Positions 58,169-64,000 of a stretch of DNA of 64,000 bases are shown piece by piece. The stretch comes from the human T2T-CHM13v2.0 reference genome, Homo sapiens. Location: assembly GCF_009914755.1 (NCBI RefSeq), contig NC_060925.1, one strand, 5' to 3'. Position numbers and translations under genes: made by a program. The notes under the pieces are model-generated. The model did no database searches and was not told where the DNA came from. It was given only the letters and a program-made list of their open reading frames with translations. Numbering within the stretch: the stretch's first letter is position 1; each line of letters begins with the position of its first letter.

Positions 58169-59432
58169 ATGGCACTGAAAGACTAAAGGGTTAGAGAAAT
58201 CTTCACTTCTCCCTGCTGCAGAGAGATCCACCAGTGGCAGATTTCTAAAGAAAAGAGTTTATCTGACCTGCATTCTATCTTCCTGTTCTCACCTATAACT
58301 TGCCCCTAAAAACTCTCAGGATCTTTAATAGCCGTTTTATTCCCAAGCATAGGCACTAATTGGATCCCCACGTGGCAACACTTTCCAACGTTCAGCAAAG
58401 CATCTGCAGTTGCTGGAGAATCTAGATAGAAATGTAGCCCAATAATCCTGCACCTTTAGCCCTCACAAACTTAGCTATGAAAAGTGACTTGGCTTCACGC
58501 TGTTACTTCTAATTTCTCCAGTGTGCTGCTTGTTGGTTGACTGCAATTGGCAGTTGGATTATATCCTATTTCTTGCTTACCTGATACAGTAAAATAATTC
58601 TCCTTTACCTGTTCCCAAGACTTTTGTCACCCATCTATGCCCATCCTACCCCAAGGAAATAGAGTAAGCCCACCAATTATAACGAAAACATTTCCTTAGA
58701 GCTAGAAAAGATGAAAAAGTCTTCTTCTAGTTCAAGATTCTTGAAATCACTGCTGAAAAAATCCTCAATCTACTTTTTTCTCAAAAGCCCATCCCAACTA
58801 ATATCACATTACTTGGTCTCAACATTACAAAAAGCACAAACACACACACAGAAACTGCATCCCAATTCTCAACAATGAGAGGCCATTTAGGTGGTTTAGA
58901 ATGTTCTCTCCATTAATGGACTACGATTTAAATGAAAACACAAAATTTAGAAATCCTCAGAGTACTTGAGAATGTGCTTGGACTTCAGGGTCCTACAGAT
59001 CACAGTTTGAAAAACAGCAGTATAATAGATTTCTCATCACTGCCACTTATTACTTAGGTGACCTTGTTAGTGGCAGCTAATCTCTCCAAGCCTTGGTTCC
59101 AACTAAAGCAGATTGCTGAACAAAAGGCTGCCAGTATTAGTACAGTATGAAGGATAGATCACAGTGGGAGAGACTGAGGCTGGAAGACCTGTGGGAAAGT
59201 TACTGCAATGACCTGGGTATGAGCCAGGAAGTGTTGGGACTAGGACTAGGTTATTAGCAGTAGGAGTAAAAAGGGATAGATACTGACGACTTTAGAAAGA
59301 ACCAACATTGGTGACTGACTGGGTGTTTTCCCAGACTACACTTCCAGGATGTTAACTGGTGTTCTGTGAAAACTATTAATTTCATCTTCAAAAAAATTTG
59401 GGGAATTTTGCTATAATGTCAGCAGAACAAGC

Positions 59433-59483
59433 GCTCTCTCTCTTTCTCTCTCTCTCTCATTCCCTCTGTCTCGCTCTCTCTCT

Positions 59484-59517
<34 letters not shown>
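59433..59517. repeat. (TC)n-(CA)n microsatellite
   Basis: Directly visible in the sequence. Confidence 0.95.
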
Positions 59518-59520
<3 letters not shown>

Positions 59521-61091
59521 ACTGTAGCAGTACTAGGTTGCGCTTAATGCTCTGAATCCTTTTCTAGGCTGCTACATTTCCAGTTCCTCAAACAGAACTT
59601 GTCCAACAGTAAGTCTAAATAAATATTTGTTAAATGAATAAATGAGCAAGGAGCAAATAAGGAAACAACTAGATGGTAGAATTTTAGGAGCTTGAAAAAG
59701 ACTCATACCATTCATTCCAAATTCTTTCTCCTGCTAGCCAATGTTAACATTTCATCAATAGAATTTAAATCCTTTGGCCACAATGTCTCAGGAGAGGATA
59801 TGGCTTCAACAAAGGGGTTCTCAGACCTACTTGAGGGGCAGAAAACTTAAGTGTAATAGTGACCATTATGAAGCATCTGAGCCAGAAACAATTTTATTAT
59901 CAGAAACTGAATGTTATGTATTATGTTGGTACTGATTGACAAAAAAGGGCATGCTATAGAAGGACAAAGAAAAGCTAATTGAGTAGAAGCTCCTGGAGGA
60001 TTCTTTGAAGATAAAAGCAAGATGACAGCCACAGTGAAAAAGAATCAAGAGTCCTTCACCCTGGCAACTTTGAAGATGATTTCTTGTGGCACATGCCTCA
60101 GGTAGAGTCCAGGCTAGCCAGCCAAATGGTATTATGGCTTTCCAGAAATCACAAAGCAAAGCCATCACAGCTTAATGCAACCAAGTTAAATGGTCACTGT
60201 AGGAACTTAAAAGACCGTATATTGTTCCTAATGTAAGGAACATAGAGGAAACCTGAATACAGAAGCAAGTGCATCTCATGGTTTCGCAGTCTGCTCTGAA
60301 AAAGGATTTAAATGGCAAAGACTGTGAGTGAAGCGAATGGATTTCACAACAGAGGATACTCAGATATTCAAATGCTGTGTTCATAGGCAGTAACTCAGTG
60401 TCTGGTACATGTGTTATAGTTTTTTCTGTTAATTAAATCAACACAATTTTGCAGCAAGATTATTTGTCCTGTGTTTTCAATATTCAAGTGTGTTAAATAA
60501 GAAATGATATGCCGTGCTCAATATCCCAGGAAGTTAATTATCTGGGAGAATTCATGAAGGATTGTAGAGATTATGATGCTACATTTTAAGTATCCATCTG
60601 CTATATGTTTACTGGTTGACTGCTAGAATGTAGCTGACAAGGAGCATCGGGTATCAAGTGACTTATGAAATTTTGACAGAGTGGGACAAATAAAGCCTGC
60701 AGGTAGGAGCTAAGCTAGGGCTGGAATTTGGGACCAGTCACAAGCTTAGGCCAGGATAGGGCTGGAACAATGCCTTGGAGTGACTCTCACTCATATCTCA
60801 AATCTGCTGCCACACTGGAACACCAGGGGGTGGGGACAGCCTGAGGATTGAGGAAGCAAAGCAGATAGAGCTAAGAATGATGTCAAGGACCAGCCAAGGT
60901 CCAAGGAAAGAAGGAGAGTAATGAAAGGAGACACAGGCAGACCCAATTCCATCCAGTGTTCATCTACACTGTCCAATAAAATTAGGAATAGAAACAGGCA
61001 CAACACTGACAGACTAACAGAGGTCCCTGAAGCCAATAGTATTCTGTTTAATGGCATAGTCAAAAGAAAACACACAGCCCTAGATACCAAG

Positions 61092-61459
<368 letters not shown>

Positions 61460-62049
61460 TAAACAAAAAGCAGGTCAGTCACAGTGTGATCTGATTCTCT
61501 ATGGCCATGCGGGTTTTAATTGACTGGAAGCTAAAGAACTCAATTATAATGATAAGAATTATGATTTTGAATGCATAGTGCATAGTAGCAGCAGAAAGTA
61601 GCTTTACAAGAAAACATCCCACCAGAAAAGATGGTCATACTTGCCAAGTTAAAAAGATTAGAAGATTCTCATCAATAAGCTACAGAAAAAATAACCGAAA
61701 GAATCAAGACGGTTGTAAACTTCTTTTCAAGATCTTGATACTTCTATGTCCTTCTTTGACTTTGTAGTTGATCCCAATACTTTTTCATGCATTTTTTATG
61801 TTGTCTCATTATAAGGTATGGTTTTGTAAAAATAAGGCTTGACCAAGACAATCTTCCTGTAATAGAATCTACTAATATTAACAAAGGAGGTGAGGGAATT
61901 GACCTAAATACCCAAGTTAGGAACCAAGGAGTTATAATTTTGTGTTTTAGCACTGGGAGGATGTTGGGAGGTTCAGAGCCTATAATCACTTAGTGTCCAG
62001 TCAATAGAAGGTCAGCAATTACTGCAAGTTGAACTCAGTATTTTCTAAG

Positions 62050-62371
62050 GCGATGCTGATCATAGAAATATAATGTGGGCCACATACATAATTTTAATTT
62101 TCCAGTATCCACATTAAAACAGGTAAAAAGAGACAGGTGAAATTAATTTTTATCATATATTTTAGCACAATATAACCAAGATATTATTATTCCAACATAC
62201 AACCAGTACTTGAAAGTATTAATAATATATTTTACATTCTCTTTTTTTAATACTACGTTTTTGAAATTCAATGTGTAATTTACACTGACAACATGTCTCT
62301 CTTCAGGCTAACCCCATTTTAAGTGCTCAGTAGTGCCTTGAGGCGAATGGCTACTATACTGGGCAGTGCAG
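62050..62371 (-). mobile_element. MER33-like hAT-Charlie element
   Basis: 'atagaaatataatgtgggccacat...aggtgaaattaatttt...aagtgctcagtag...tggctactatactgggcagtgcag'. Confidence 0.8.
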
Positions 62372-63161
62372 TCCTAAGAGCTCAAATGAATAGTGAATTT
62401 TTTTTAAAAGCACTTATTTAATGTATTGTCTGCTGAATAAAATTTTCAAGAACATCAAACATTTTAATGCATCTTATTAAATTGGTTATAGAGTATTATA
62501 ATCAACGATAACTAAGGAAAAGTCACTGCCATTTTTTTAAAGAAAATTTAACATTAGGAAAACTGAAAACTAAAAATAAAGATAAACGGGGTTAAAGATA
62601 TCCATTAGTTAACTTTTGTGGTAGAATGCTCTGTCCAACAGAATTTGAAGACCAATGCTTTGAATAACGTAGGTCATTTACAGCTCCAAAAAAAATGAAA
62701 GCCCTGAGAGCTAGATCTGATGAGATCAGGGTGGGACAGAAGGAAGCAGGAAAGAGTTGGAGATAGAAGGGAAGATAAGCAGGGCGCTATGGCAGTAACA
62801 AAGAGAGGGCCCTGGTGGAAGCAGGGACAACACAGGGCTTCACCTTCATTTCATTTTTGCCAAGAACCAGTCCTGTTATTGAATAAGTCTGTGCCTCTAC
62901 ACAGCCTGATTGCACCAGTTTGTGATTATATTTTGCTCTGGCCCTTTCTTTTCTATATTCACAAGAGATGTATCTGAAGGCATGGCTCATTTTCTCTGTC
63001 TGACCAGCTTCATGATTGATCCTGATCAGCAGGGTCTTCCCCTCACAGAGACACAGGCAATAACCTTACTAACCTGGGCAGGGCCTTTCTGCCCCCAAAT
63101 ATCTCCTCCACTTTCTATCATGACACCTGAAGGCCACAGAGTGCCTTCCTTTGGGTTAGGA

Positions 63162-63468
63162 CAATGTTTCTCAAACTTCAACCATTTGATTATGTCTGTC
63201 ATTGTTTTTGCCATGTCTGTGTACCACCTATACCATTGCTTACTTAATATCATTTTTCAAATTAACTCCTTTTTCTTTTTTACAACAATACATTGATTAA
63301 AGAAACTCTATATCATCACCAGGCAGTAAAACCAATGTGACTTGCCATAAATAGGAAGTTACCCTGAAGATAAAACCACTATTAAAATATTAAATGGTCA
63401 TGCTTGTACCACCTTAAACCATTTTGCCTCCACCAGTGGTACAATTACCACTAATTAGGAAATACTGG
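63162..63468. mobile_element. hAT-Charlie MITE relic (MER113-like)
   Basis: Degenerate terminal inverted repeats 'caatgtttctc' and 'ggaaatactg', with internal 'gtaccacc' motifs. Confidence 0.5.
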
Positions 63469-63599
63469 ATTAAGGAACTGTCCCCAAAAAGCAATTGCTA
63501 AAACATGACTGTCAGAGAGCAGATGTGTAGCATTCACAAATACTAGTTAGCTATGAACTTTTCTTGAGTGGGGAATAGTGTTTAGGTCAGATTTTTTTT

Positions 63600-63778
63600 A
63601 TCTTTATTTTGCATAGGAATCACGTGGGAAGCTTATTTAAAATATAGGTTTCTGGGTCCCACACTAGATTTAGTAGATTTAGTAGAATTGGGTTAGGCCT
63701 GGATATCTGCATTTTTACCAAATTTTTGGGGTGATTAGAATTTGGTGGGTTAGCAAAGCCCACTTCAAGAAACCCTGG
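63600..63778 (-). mobile_element. MER5B-like relic
   Basis: 'gaatcacgtgggaagcttatttaaaatatag...atctgcatttttac...cacttcaagaaaccctg'. Confidence 0.65.
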
Positions 63779-63816
63779 GACATAAAACCACAAGCCAGTA
63801 TGAGATATGGAAACCT

Positions 63817-64000
63817 ATGTCATGGATGTTAGCCCTGGGATAGCAGTAGGAGTCCAACATAGAGGAGAGGGAAGGGCATGCCCTTGAGTAATCCCCTACC
63901 ATGCAGTGTGCGCTGGACCTAGCAACTTGCTTCAAACATACAGAACACAGAAGTGATGGGATGCTGCATCAGAGAATAGGTTCTAAAACTGACCTCCACC
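63817..64000 (+). mobile_element. MLT1E/F-like LTR running off the window end
   Basis: 'gcccttgagtaatcccct...gctggacctagcaacttgcttc...gaagtgatgggatg'. Confidence 0.55.

Overview
This window is primate (human-like) genomic DNA with no recognisable protein-coding gene. It is dominated by interspersed repeats: about 17 Alu/FLAM copies, three L1 3' fragments, many MIR and L2 relics, MaLR/ERV LTRs and MER DNA transposons, some nested three or more levels deep. The provided ORFs are Alu-, L1- or microsatellite-derived, or chance. The unique sequence suggests the 5' end of a large minus-strand transcription unit that I cannot name. Support comes from promoter-like CpG-enriched patches at about 27.4-27.9 kb and 11.8-12.3 kb, each with a minus-strand splice donor, and candidate internal exons at 45895-45355 and 2150-2050. 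The most unusual structures are a ~30-bp-stem pre-miRNA-sized hairpin (9638-9720) and three cases of sequence copied from 1.4-2.6 kb away, one of them a templated insertion inside an Alu. There is also a perfect RFX X-box palindrome at 3973-3988 and a full CRE at 52990-52997. I see no solid evidence for a wholly new biological system. Repeat subfamily names come from recalled consensus sequences, and repeat boundaries are approximate unless a target-site duplication (TSD) is given.
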